DNA from: Zygnema circumcarinatum SAG 698-1b
Lineage: Eukaryota > Plantae > Zygnematophyceae
Length of the DNA stretch: 64,000 nt
NCBI GenBank assembly: GCA_037447605.1
Contig: CM074813.1
Span: 2,542,001 to 2,606,000 of the forward strand
Reading direction: 5' to 3'
This document shows, one piece after another, positions 15,997 through 30,602 of this stretch. The notes beneath the pieces were generated by a model. That model saw nothing but the letters and a program-made list of their open reading frames with translations, searched no databases and was not told where the DNA came from. Numbering within the stretch: the stretch's first letter is position 1; every line of letters starts with the position of its first letter. The translations under genes were made by a program, and so were the position numbers.

Positions 15997-18906
15997 ATGG
16001 CGGCCTCCATCCCTCCCGGGGGTTTCTCCGCAGGGGAAGTGGACGCCTTTGGCGGGAGCCATGGCTGGACCTCCGCCGTTTCGGCGCTCCTACGATCGCC
16101 ACCTGTCACTGTGGTGTTCCGACAGCTGGCAGAGCAGTACAATGCGCTGGACTCTGCGGTGTCGACAGCTGTCTTCGACTTTTTGAAGGACAAGTTTGGC
16201 ATAGTATTGACGGCTGCGGAGCTGACGGGGGGTCTGCCGCTGGCGGGAAGTCCGATTCCGATGTTTCTACTGCTCGGGTCATATTTGGGAATTGTATTGG
16301 GAGGGGTTGTGCGGATTAGGGTTAAGGGCTTGAAGCCGCGAGAGAAGGAGCCCGGTCTGCTGCGGGCGGTGGTGGTAGTTCACAACTTAGTTTTGTTCGC
16401 GCTCAGCCTTTACATGTGCTGCGGTATCGTCATCGAGTCTATTAGGAATAGGTACAACTCAGTTTCTCACCAGGGATCTGATGCATGAATGAGAGTCACT
16501 GAGCTTCATGTGTTGTTGATCCTTTATTTTATTCCTGAGATGTGTGAAGATTTAGCTCGTTTATGAATTCAAGATAGGGGAAATTGGGCCGCTAGTTGGT
16601 TTTGTAAACCCAAAAAGGCCAAACTCTTAGTGCTGGGTTTGTATGTAAGAAGTGGAGATAGGGCAGATTTATGTAATTTTTCCTTTAGGTTTTAAGGTTA
16701 GATATTGGGCTTTATCTTGAGTTGTGGCACTAGTTCATTCAGCTGTAACGCATAGTGCATGATGCGCTGCATATAGATAAGCATTGCAAGCCTTGTCCAT
16801 GAAGGTCTCTAAAGGGATATTTTCTGCAAGTAGTTTCCCCCAAAACGCATTACTGCCCGTGTGTTCGAAAGCATCTCATAATTATTCATAAATTTTTGAT
16901 TTCTGCAGTGCCTAAGCTTTTGAATTCCTGAAATGAGTGTGCATTAGAAAGCTATAGCATAGCAGAGCAAGCACTACATACGTGGCTCTACACGAGCTGT
17001 TTTTCTAAGCTTACCGTAGCTGGAGAATGAAGTAGATTTCCTGGCAAGAAAGTTGTTGTCTCAATGCTAATCTTTAGACCTCACTTGATAATGACAATCT
17101 CTCTCCAATCTTCTCTTCTAGGACAAATCTTGCCAAATATCCTTCATTTTGAAGGATTCATCATGAGAGGTTGAGCTCCTTCACATTTTAAAAGGAAGCA
17201 TTTCCTTCCGCACGCATTCCTTTAGGCCATTCACAACTGCATTCACACATGACATCAACATCGTTGGAACTTCACAAACCTTGAAACGATGATGTTCGCC
17301 CCATTGGTAGTTCCATAAACTGACAAGTCTCTTCCTGGTCCCTGTCAATTCAGGTACAGTTTATGGGGCAACCCTTATCAAGCGGAAGAACGACAGGTAT
17401 GAAGAGTTCTACATGAATTTTAATAGGCATGGCTACATTTGTCAGCTTTCGAAGCACCAAGTTTGAGTATGAAGTTTGAGTTTGAGTATCATTACTGATC
17501 TGTCATGTATTGCTCTGTCCTTGGAGCCTCCAGATGGCGTTTCTTATATATATTTTTTATGTATCAAAGTATCTCGAGCTTGGAGACACGGTGAGCTCTT
17601 TGCCCATGAAGCTTGAGATGTGATGTGACTGCACTACTCACAAAAAGAAAGGAAACTAATGATCCTCTTTTGCTTCTAGATTCTAGCAGTATGCTTTTGC
17701 TTCTCCCGTATGGACAGGGTGCTTGACTGATACTGTCGGCTATGGGATATCTTGAACTGCGTGTTCAGCTTATCATGGTGGTGAAGAGGAATGTGCGGCA
17801 AGTCTCCCTTCTGCATGTGTACCATCACTGCTCTATCACTCTAATTTGGTGGGCAATTGCACACCATGCTCCGGGAGGAGAAGGTTAGTTGACATCTGAC
17901 CCCACAAAACCAGCTAATAGGAGGTGATTAACATGAGCTTCACTCACTGTCATTTAGACTCTTTGTCCATTCTTTGCCCTTTCATCTCAGATAAGATCGA
18001 AGACCCCACTCTCGCATCTCTTTCACTCTCTCTTGCTCCTCTTCCTCCCTTCCCCCCCTTCCACCTCCACCCCCTCCCACTCCTCCCCCCACCTTCCTCG
18101 CTTCTCCCCCTTGTCTCCCTCCTGTCCCATTCCTCTCTACCCTTCCCCCACCCCCGTTCGCGACAAGGTCTGACCTTTCAGGGAAGTTTCTGAATTTCCT
18201 AACTGATTGTCGATAACGGATTACTGTAACTGTGGCAGCTTACTTTTCTGCGGCGCTGAATTCGGGCGTCCACGTGGCCATGTACGGATACTACTGTCTG
18301 GCGGCCCTCGTGGGGAAGGACGAAAAGGTTCGGCAAAAGTATCTCTTCTGGGGGAGGTGAGTGAGGAATGAGAGCTGTCCTGTTCAGACCCCAAAGACGT
18401 TATTTTTTTCCTTTATCCTTCCAAACTTTTTAGGAAAGATTCAGTGGGTCCGAGAAGGTGGAGTTGTTACTGAATTGTTGATCTGATAGAGATAGAGAGA
18501 TGGGGGACTTGCAGATATGTGACCCAACTGCAGATGATACAATTCGGAGCCAACATAGTGCAGGCCTGTTGGAATCTTCACATGCGCACTCCGTATCCGT
18601 TATGGTTCTCCACGGTGCGTCTCCTGGCATCTATTCAAAACAAGCTTTTTTTTTTTACCGATGGCATCTCGATACTTCCATTCAAAAAAATTAGAAAATT
18701 ATTTTAAACCGGATAATACTGTTCTTGCGTTTGTGGGTCGATTATGTTGAAATCCCAGACTGAGGGAGTTTGCCGTTCGGGGTCTGGCTTGGAAGCAGGT
18801 GCTCTTGTACTACATGATGTCACTGTTGGCCTTGTTTGCCCATTTTTACATCAACAAATATATTTTTAGGAGCAGAAGATCTGCAGTCAAGGCTAAGAGG
18901 GCCTGA
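15997..18906 (+). CDS. ELO/GNS1-SUR4 fatty acid elongase, PUFA (delta-6 elongase/PSE1-like) type, 7 exons
   Basis: RYSLWGN, IYIFYVSKYLELGDT, QVSLLHVYHHCSI (HxxHH box), AYFSAALNSGVHVAMYGYY, KYLFWGRYVTQLQMIQF and a C-terminal basic KAKRA. TATA-like ctataaaaa near 15810; G-boxes at about 15730 and 15765. Confidence 0.92.
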
Positions 18907-19340
18907 GATTCGTCTTTCTTTCTTTCTTTCTTTTGAGTATTGTTCAAATTTTGCTTTTTTACTCTCTCCGTTCAGGTAGAAGCAACCTTCTCATAGCCAG
19001 AGCAGGTAGGCCAGGGAACAGCTGCAGCTAGCGATGCCCTTTTTAATTTCCTCCTCCAGTTAGCCTCCTTACGCCCCCATTCAAAGTTTTAGCTTTCCTT
19101 GTGTTACCTTTAAAAAGCAAGTTTTCGACACATTTTTGCTCTCTCCATCTTGTCCCGTTTGTCGGCAAAATGAAAAAAACAAACCAAAAAAAAAAAAAGG
19201 TCATCCATCATCACCATCATTGTGATCAACAACACCACGACAACCTCTCGTTGCAATAAACCATTTGATTTAAGCATCTAAAACCTACACCTAAAAGCCT
19301 ACCCTACTACTACACAAAGAGCGCAGTCAGCCAGTCTCCT

Positions 19341-22034
<2,694 letters not shown>

Positions 22035-22082
22035 ATCCAAATCCCTAAACCCTAAATTCGTCAAATTATCTCTGAAAGGGGA

Positions 22083-22143
<61 letters not shown>

Positions 22144-22951
22144 AAGAGGGAGCGAGAGAGCGAGAAAGCGAGAGAGAGAAAAGCGCTTCCGCCATCAGTC
22201 GGGGTCCGCCCCCTTATGTGGGCGGCGCTGCAGTGATGTCAACATACGACCGGCGAGATGCAGCCAATCGGCGTCTCGCCCTCAGCCGCGTCGATGATGT
22301 AGAGCCGCTACAACATCACAATCTGTCGAGCTGGACAGGCTTACACGTACGGGAAAAGATCTAAGGGCAGATAAGGCGCCACGCTGGTACAACGGCGAGT
22401 GCTGATTGGCGGATAACCCACACGTGCGGCATGGTGCGCCAGCGCGGCGGGGCGCGGCTGACGGCCGTATGCATAGCCGCGCCAGGTCCGTACGCGTGGT
22501 CGGTGGACGCGTGTTACGGAGGTCTGCGATTGGTCGTATCGGAAAGAGCGTGCCATGCTGGCAGGGCCCCCTCTGCCGACTCAGCCCGGAGTTCCATGGA
22601 GCGGGCCAGCGTCCTGTGGAACGGTCTCTATGAGGAGGAGGACGGCCTACGTGGCGATGACATGGCGCCAATGTGGCGTCAACGTGGTGCCGACGTGACA
22701 CAAGAGGAGAGTTTCCGGGACTCGTTGGGCATGGTTCCGCAGACCTTTGACCAAAAAATGACAAATTGGTCCAATAGCGCTCCGACACGTGGCAAACTAA
22801 AACCTTCACGACGCCACGCGCGGTACGGCTGCCATGCTGACGAGTGTCCGTACATCTTCACAATGTGTACGGACGAGGCTTGGCGTAAAACAAGGGTCTC
22901 AAATTATCCACGTGGCGCGCGCTAATTGGCCAGAGCTCAATGGAACGCCGC

Positions 22952-23503
22952 CATTAGGGGTGTCAGGGTGGGGGTCCATCAGCGTTTGCCTGTACCGCCA
23001 CATCGGATCATGAGTCATGAAGGGAGAATTGCGGGTTCCATCAGAGGTCCCGCGAGCCAATCAGCGGACGCCACGTGGACACATTTATTCGTCCACCGTG
23101 GCCGCGCGTCCACCGCGCATTGGCGGCTGTGCGCCAGCGTGGTCGCCGTACCCCCGTGGCATCTCGAACGGATCTTCAACGCCACGCGGCGGCGCACGAT
23201 TGGAAAACTCAGGCATAGTTCTAGGGAATTTTTTTCAGGGGGTATGTTTTGGGGAACTACGCCTGTACCTCCACGTCGGTCCTAGTCGGCGCCACGACGG
23301 CGCCACATCATCCTCCAAAACAACGCCTGTACCTCCACGTCGGCGAAAAATCGCTGATGGACCCCCACCCTCAAGACTTAACGAAATCTTACGAACAAAA
23401 AAGTTTTGTAAGTACTCCGCCGCAACAGGATTGCGATTTCACCGAAGTACTCGTTCTGGTCTCAAACTTAAGAAACAATTTTTAAGTCTGACACCCCCTA
23501 TTG
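22952..23503. mobile_element. Small MITE-like host element (TIR CAWTAGGGG(G)TGTCA(A)GACTTAA), with its left TIR interrupted by a nested MITE
   Basis: Removing 22966-23373 restores cattaggggtgTCAagacttaa, the near-perfect inverse of ttaagtctgacaccccctattg at 23482-23503. A related copy lies at 46794-47003. No TSD found. Confidence 0.7.
22966..23370. mobile_element. Tourist/PIF-Harbinger-like MITE, 405 bp
   Basis: Perfect 19-bp TIRs GGGTGGGGGTCCATCAGCG (22966-22984) and CGCTGATGGACCCCCACCC (23352-23370), a 3-bp TSD TCA on both sides (22963-65, 23371-73), and no coding capacity. Confidence 0.85.
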
Positions 23504-23858
23504 CCCTTTGTTGTTGTTGTGCGAAGGCGCGCCCCGAATTTGGAGAGGTCCATTGAACCGCCCTCCGCCTCCAACTGTCGTCCGCACGCTCTTTAGGGTT
23601 TTTAGGGTTTTTGTCAGCAAAGTTTGACCACGTCATCGAAGTTGGAAGAAGTACGAGAAAGTTGGATAATGCATACACACCCTCATGGTTTGGCTTTGAA
23701 GAAGATACTTGTTTTGCGCACATGTTCAAGGCGGACTCGAGCTGCCATCAGCGGCGTTCGTCATGGCGTCCATCTGTGTTGTTAGCGCATTGGTCCGATG
23801 GTCGGCATACATTTTTTTTGCAGCGTGCGGAAACCGAGGCTCGAAGCTGCGACCTGCG

Positions 23859-23988
23859 GTAGGCATAGCTTTTCGCTCCTAGCTTTTCTCGTTTGTCCTC
23901 AGGTCCTTTGCGCCCAGTCCCTCGTGGTTCCCCATGTTGATTTGGTCCACGTACATTTGATGGCATCATCGCCATCGTGAGACCAATG
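23859..23988 (+). mobile_element. Second, non-coding copy of the LINE-remnant 3' region
   Basis: Manual alignment to the reverse complement of 15121-15247 gives about 100/127 identities with one 3-nt indel. Confidence 0.75.
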
Positions 23989-24876
23989 CCACTTCCATTT
24001 CTTCCTTTAAGAATATCCCTAAGTATCCCCACATGCCGGTTTTACTGCCACTCGATAGGCCGGCCATCATCGTCGTTTCCGTTTTTTTCCTAAGCATGAA
24101 GTATCGGCACCTCGCCTTGCCGCCTTGGCCCCATTGCCGTCCACCCACCGGCCGGCACCGGCCCGCTCTATCGGCCATTGCCGATTCGCCGGCGATGTGC
24201 CGATACATCCCTCCAGTCCGCCCGCCCGCTGGCCCTCGGTGGGCTCATCGTGGTTCCCGTCCCTGCCATTCTTCAACGTGCCTGCGCTGTGCCCCTACGT
24301 GGGTCTCCATGGTGACGCTAGTGTGGTCCTCCCCCCCGACCGACCGACCGACCGACCGACCGACCGACCGACGGAAAGGATTCCGTCCGCGTCCCGCCGG
24401 GCAGGCGATGCTTGGCATCCCTCGTGCCGTACGGACCGTACGGAGCCACCCCTAGCCGCCGCCAGAGCCGCGCTACGTGCCGCGGCGCGCTCCGACAGGG
24501 GCTGACAGCGGCAGGCCGGCAACCTCCACGCGGACGGAATGAGTACTCTGCATTTTGGAACTCAGTGAGGATGGAGCGGTACTTTGACGTTGCCGAGTAT
24601 GTACTTTTGTTTCGGGGTTATTCCTGACTGAACTGCCAGCAAAGGCCCGAAGCGGCCACGTGTCAGGCGCGCAGAGACCCCACCGACATACCGGACTGCG
24701 GTTTCCCGGTCGCGGCCGCCGTTGCCGGCGCGGTTCGCGGCGTGGGAGGGGAGGAGGGACAAAGGGGGTAAGAGGGAGAGAGAGAGAGAGAGAGAGGAGA
24801 GAGGAGAGAGAGAGAGAGAGGGAGAGTCGGACGAGGAGGCAGAGAGAGAAGGAGAGGACGCAGAGGGAGACCAGCC

Positions 24877-26123
24877 ATGGCGGAACACGGGAAGTGGAGC
24901 AATGGCATATGCAGCTGCTTCGGCGATATGGAAGTCTGTGAGTTATCGCCGGTCACGGCTGCATTTGCAACCCACTCCCTCCCTCCCTCCCCTCCCTCCC
25001 TCCCTCCCTCCCTCCCTCCCTCCCTCCCTCCCTCCTCCCTCCCTCCCTCCCTCCCTCCCTCCCTCCCTCCCTCCCTCCCTCCCTCCCTCCCTCCCTCCCT
25101 CCCTCCCTCCCTCCCTCCCTCCCCTCCCTTCCTCCATCCCTCCCTCCCTCCTCCCTCCCCGTCCCTCCCTCCCTCCCTCCCCCCCTCCCTCTGACCCTCC
25201 TCCCGCGCTTGCTTGCCGCAGGCTGCATGACGTGCTGGTGCCCCTGCGTCGTGGTCGGCCGCAACATCCGCATCGTCTCCGAGGGCACCACAGGCGAGCT
25301 CCCTCCTCTGCCTCTTCTCCACTCCTCTCCCTCCTTCCCCTTCCCCTCTCTACCTGCACTTTCCTCCCTCCATCTCTCTCTCTCCCTCTCCCACCGCCTT
25401 GCTCTCCCACTCCCACTCCCTTCCCTCCCCCCCTCTATTCTCTCTCCCTCTCCTTCCTGATAGAGGCTATAGCTATGGCTATGGCTGACTTGCAGAATGC
25501 GAGATGGCGGGCATGATCTACTTCCTGCTGGAGTGCGTGGCGGGCGGCTTCGGGTGCCTGTACACGTTCATGTACCGCCGGCGGCTGCGCTCCAAATACG
25601 ACCTCCCCGAGACGCCCTGCATGGACTTCCTCACCGCCTGCTGCTGCCACTCCTGCGCCATCTGCCAGGAGGCCCGCGAACTCAAGGCGCGCGGCTACGA
25701 CCTCATCGAGGGTGCGCTCTCCCTCCGCCCTCTCTCTCTCTCTCGTTCGCCCTCTCTCTCTCTCGTCCTCTCTCTCCGCTGCTTCTTTCAGTTTAAGGGA
25801 CCGGCAAAGTGCGCAGTTCGCTACAGCAGGGTTCAAGGGCTTGCGAAGCGTCTCCTGTTTGTGGGGGTGGGCGGCTATCTGAAGTCGATATTGCTTTTGT
25901 CGTGTTGCGGGTTTGTCCTCGTGCAGGTGCCCTTGCGCAAGGCAAGGCGGAGGCCCCCATGGAAGGAGGGGAGGAGCCCCTGAAGGTCGCGGAGGAGGCC
26001 CCCATGACCGCGCCCCCCCCCGAGATGGAGATGAGCAAACCCCCCCCCGTGGAGGAGGCAGAGGCGCCCCCCCCCGAGGTGGAGCCGAGCAAGGTCCCCG
26101 CAGAGGAGGAGGGGGCCAAGTAA
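24877..26123 (+). CDS. PLAC8 / Plant Cadmium Resistance (PCR/CNR) family protein with acidic Pro-rich tail, 4 exons
   Basis: WSNGICSCFGDMEV-CCMTCWCPC (CCxxxxCPC motif)-VVVGRNI, YRRRLRSKYDLPETPCMDFLTACCCHSCAICQEARELKARG. Intron 2 (25294-25495) is GC-AG. Confidence 0.92.
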
Positions 26124-27812
26124 CAAGGAAGGGCTCTGCTGGGGAGACGCCGGAGAGGACATAGAGACTGACCACCGTTTAAAATAAGTTATGGCGGCGA
26201 ATAATGCATGCAAGGCTGGGGGGGGGGGGGGGGGGGGGGNNNNNNNNNNGGGGGGGGGGGGGGGGGGGGGGGAGGTTGCTGGTGGTTGTTTAGGAGTAAG
26301 GCTATATGCTTCTATTGATTCATATTATTCGTGTTTTGTAGCTTGTGGGGAATGGTACGCTGGATATTTTACATGTTTATGGTTCAATAACAGAAAAATT
26401 GTATTGAGATTGTGCCCAAGAAAGGTTGGTGATGACTTGCAATGAGCGTGTCCCTAAGGGCAGAGGATGTGCGAACCATGTATCCCTCAAATGTTCCACA
26501 AATGTTAAAGCGGGCCTTGGAAGGGCATGGGAGAGACGCACACATGCCCAAAGAAAAAGCAAAGAGGAAGAGAAGAGAGTACAGGCCTTATTCCCCGGAT
26601 ACTCTTCTGTATGAAATGCGCATTTCTCCACACTGTCGAGTTAATTTTAAATCATTTACTTGCCTTAACTACACATGCCTAGTGTTCCGACGATGTTCTA
26701 TTGTGCTCGTACCCGTGGTCCGCCCACGGGCCTGTGTGCAGCTTGCATGCATGCAGGGCGGGCTCGCCTCGTTGCGGTTGTGGGGGGTTGATCGATTCAT
26801 GTGTCCATGTTTTTGTTGTGCGGGCTTTCGCTCAAAGACGCTGTTTTTTTTTTTTTTTTTTTCTCAATAATAATTATTTTCTTTCGGTCGAAAAGAACCG
26901 CGGCGGCGGCACACCGAGGGCGCCAGGCTGTCACATCACGTGGCATCCATCCATAAGACGACAAAAAGCCTTTTGATTGTTTGCGCCCTCGAACGGGCAG
27001 ATCTGTCCGTTTTGGGTGTGCTCCAAACGATGGATCACCGATACGGATACACTATAAAACGCATATCGCACCTGCCAGATATACATCCGCCACTAGCGTG
27101 CGGCCATGGCATGATGAGGTGGCACACACTACCCGACAAGAACCCGTGCAGAACTGCGGACGGTGTCAACCTTTTGTCGTCTTGCCGACACGGAAAAATT
27201 CAGGTTAAGTAATACTAGCGTGTCTTTTTCAGCCAATACAAAACTTTGCCGTACACATAACGTCACAGTCATAATCGCAGTATATTGTCCGTTTCTCCAC
27301 TCGTGCCCAATGACGTCACCTAATCCACCTGCTGCTTCAACAGATAGCTTCCTCGGACAAATCGACAAAACGGCCCATTTCAGGTACGTCCAAAAGCATA
27401 GTCGGATTCGGGTACAGGCTGGACACGTGATCTCTCACAAACGACAATTTAATAAGACAAAAACATCCTCAATCTCACCTTTAACCTATCCAGCGTTATT
27501 CTTTGGACAGCGCCTCTAAAGTCGGTGCAACAAATGCGTCCACGTCACGGGATGACGTGGTGGTTTCTCCTGAGATCCGCGTGGCGTGTCGGCGTCCGCT
27601 GGCAGGAGCTGCCGACACACTGCGCCGCCGCAGGGCCGATACAAAGCGGGAGGGAGGGACGAAGAGGAAGCAGCCGCCGAGCGCCCGAGCTCAGATTGAG
27701 AGAGTGAGAGAGAGAGGGAGGAAGGAAGGAGAGAAGGGTTAAAGGGATCAAGGGAGAGGGAGGAGTGAGGGAGAGAGGCGCGAGAGAGACGAGGGAGGAG
27801 AGAGAGGAAGCT

Positions 27813-29143
27813 ATGGCGGGTATGTCTGCTATTCTGAAGGTGGCGGTGGCCATGGCGGGCCTGGCCGCGGCCATGGCGGCCAACACGCCCCGAGGAGGGT
27901 GCACGGTGGCGGGGTGCAACGCGGGCAAGCTCGGGTACAAGAAGGGCGTCTGGATGGGCAACGGCGAGGCCGGGAAGAAGGGCTCCGGGAGCTTCAACTT
28001 CGAGGGCTACCCGGTGAGGGCCGTACCGTACGGAAGCTGCCCCCCCCTCAGGTCATCATCATGATGTGATGTTCTGACGGCTCGGAGTGATGTTGGAATG
28101 TGTGCAGCAACCTGATGACAAGTACATCATCTGCAAAGAGAACGGGCTCAAGGGGAAGGACAAGATCAAGTGCGACCCGGTAAGCGCCCGCATGCATGCA
28201 TGCATGCATGACATTCATTCTGTATGTGTCGAGCGTAGCAACATCACTGCATGCGATGGTTGGAGGGTTTATCTCTGTTCTAAAACCCCTCTCCTCTTGC
28301 AGGCCATCAAGGCGCAGCAGTGCTGCAGCAACTGCGCGCGCACGCCCGGCTGCAAGTATTGGCAGTTCTTCGAAGACAGCTACCCGTGCGTCCCTCCCAC
28401 TGCTGCTCCCAATTGCTCTGGAATCTGAAGTCAGACGAGTCGGTCAAGTCAAGTCAAGTCAAATCAAGTCAAGTCAAATCAAGTCGACCAAGTGAGCAAT
28501 TCTAGCGATTCCAACTGACTGGTTGGCGGGGGGGGGAGGTACAGGGTCGCTCTTCCCGCCGCGGGGCAGCAGTGCTACCTCCTCAAGTACGGCTTCGTCC
28601 CCGTCTACAAGAAGGAGCTCGACAGCCAGGCCTCCTGGTGCGCACCTCGCGCCCGCTTGTAGCTCGTGAAGAGAGGGAGAGAGAGGGAGAGAGGAGGGGG
28701 AGGAACGGGGGGGGAGAGGGAGAGGGAGAGGGAGAGGGAAAATGGAGAGTAAAGGACGGAGGAGGGAGAATGTCTAGAGAGGAAGCGGGAGAGAGAGCGA
28801 GCGAGTGCAGAGGGGAGAGGGAGAGAAAGAGAGGGAAGAGGGAGGAAAGGAGAGAGAGAGTCAGAGAGAGAGAGAAGTGGGACAGGGGGAGACAGGCGCA
28901 AGGTGCTGACGTGGAAGGTTGGACCGTCGCTGCAGGATCGGCGGCGAGTGCAACCCCGACTCGAGCTGCAACGACGACCCGCACTTGGTCGGCGCGCGCG
29001 GTACTCATTTCGACTTCAGCGGCGCCCTCGGGGCCGCGTTCAGCCTCGTCAGCGCGGAGGGCCTCGCGGTGAACGCACAACTCGGGGGGTACCGCGATAA
29101 CCGCACCACGCTGCGCTCCTGGATCAAGTGAGGGGACCCCCTC

Positions 29144-29200
<57 letters not shown>

Positions 29201-30091
29201 ACCCACCACCCTCCCCACCCCTCTCTCTCTCCCGGGGGGCGCTCTCTCTCTCTCTCTCCTTTAAGCTGCTCCAAACTGAAGCATAGGAGGTAGCTGCTTG
29301 CTGTTCCTTGCAGGGAGGTGGGCATTGTGTTCAAGCACGAGGGCGTGCAGCACACGCTCCGTCTCGTGGCGCGCAGTGGGAAGGAGCAGGAGCGCGGCCG
29401 CCATGGATTCATGGCCGCCATAGAGATGGACGGCGAGTCCGTGGGCGTGCCCTCCCTCGGCCATAGCCTCGAGCTCGCGGGAGGGGCTCTGCGTGTCACC
29501 TTCGAGGCGGAGGAGAAGAAGGGGCCGTACGACATGGACCGCTTCAGCGTCGCCATGGCGGACCTGCTCGAGCTCGACGTCAGCCTCCGGGTGGCGCATC
29601 CCCTTCTTCAGACGCCCGAGGACGCACAAGTTCATTTCAACCTCGACTTCAAATTCCTCCAGGTATATGTTTTTAGCGTTTTTAGGGTTTTTAGGGCTTG
29701 TAGATTGTACATGTTTATGCATGCATAAATATGTGTATGTAGTTTCTTTTTTCTTTTAAGAATTTGATTGAATTGAAAGAGAAGTGAACTGAAATTGACG
29801 ATCGATTGGGTGGTGCAGGTGACTCCCACAATGCACGGCATATTGGGTCAAACCTACCGAACTGAGGAGGGCAGGAGCGAGAGGTCTGCGAAGTTTTCCG
29901 CCCTAAACCAAATTTTGGGCCACAACTTCGCCGCCGACAGCGAGGAAGGAAAGGGCTTCCTCGACGGCGAGCCTGACGACTATCGGCTGGCGACGCTGCT
30001 GAGTACCGACTTCAAGTTCAGCAGCTTCGAGGCTCCCAAGAAGGGGGCTGTAACCTCTGAGGAGGAGAGCGTGGTGGTGGCGAACGAGTAA
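27813..30091 (+). CDS. Secreted protein: signal peptide + Cys-rich PAN/apple-like module + root-cap (LEA-related/vWD-like) domain, 7 exons
   Basis: Hydrophobic N-terminus; QQCCSNCARTPGCKYWQF...QCYLLK; CNDDPHLVGARGTHFDFSG, FSLVS, VNAQL, SWIKEVGI, HFNLDFK and MHGILGQTYR, motifs I recall from root-cap family proteins. Confidence 0.82.
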
Positions 30092-30602
30092 CTTTTGGGG
30101 CCTTGAAACATAGCTTAATCTTGAGGATTAGAGTAGCTTTATAGTCGCTTGGTTCATTTGTTTTTTTTATTTTTCAGTTACGTGTTGAAAGCAACACACG
30201 TGTTAATGTGGACGTAGACGTGTGCTTTAAAAGTGCAGTGTTTGGTCGTTGAAACAGAGTATGACATTAATGTGGAAAAAGGAAATATTTGGTTTGTAGG
30301 GCAGGTAGAGGCAACTAGGTCACTAGGTAACTACATTCTTTTTATTTTTTGCTTCAGGAGAGCTGCTGCCCATGCTCTCGACTTTGTACAACAGCTTGTT
30401 GAAACAATTGGTTCAGTAACAGCATGTGCTCGGTGCAATTGCATATACTTGTTTCAGTTAAATGACGTCGTTAGGGATTTTAAGGTTCATAAGAAGGTCA
30501 TAAGTCAACTTCCTTCCCCTCTTGGAAGGGGAAGTTGACTTATGATCTTCAATGACTCATGTCTTATCCTCGATCAATCCCTCTGCTCCCTTCCCTCCCT
30601 TC

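Noticed and set aside
23259-23343. 21-bp direct repeat as a possible CRISPR-like unit
   Set aside because: Only two copies, eukaryotic context, and internal to a MITE.
26217-26272. Long poly-G run
   Set aside because: Interrupted by an N gap; length and identity are unreliable.
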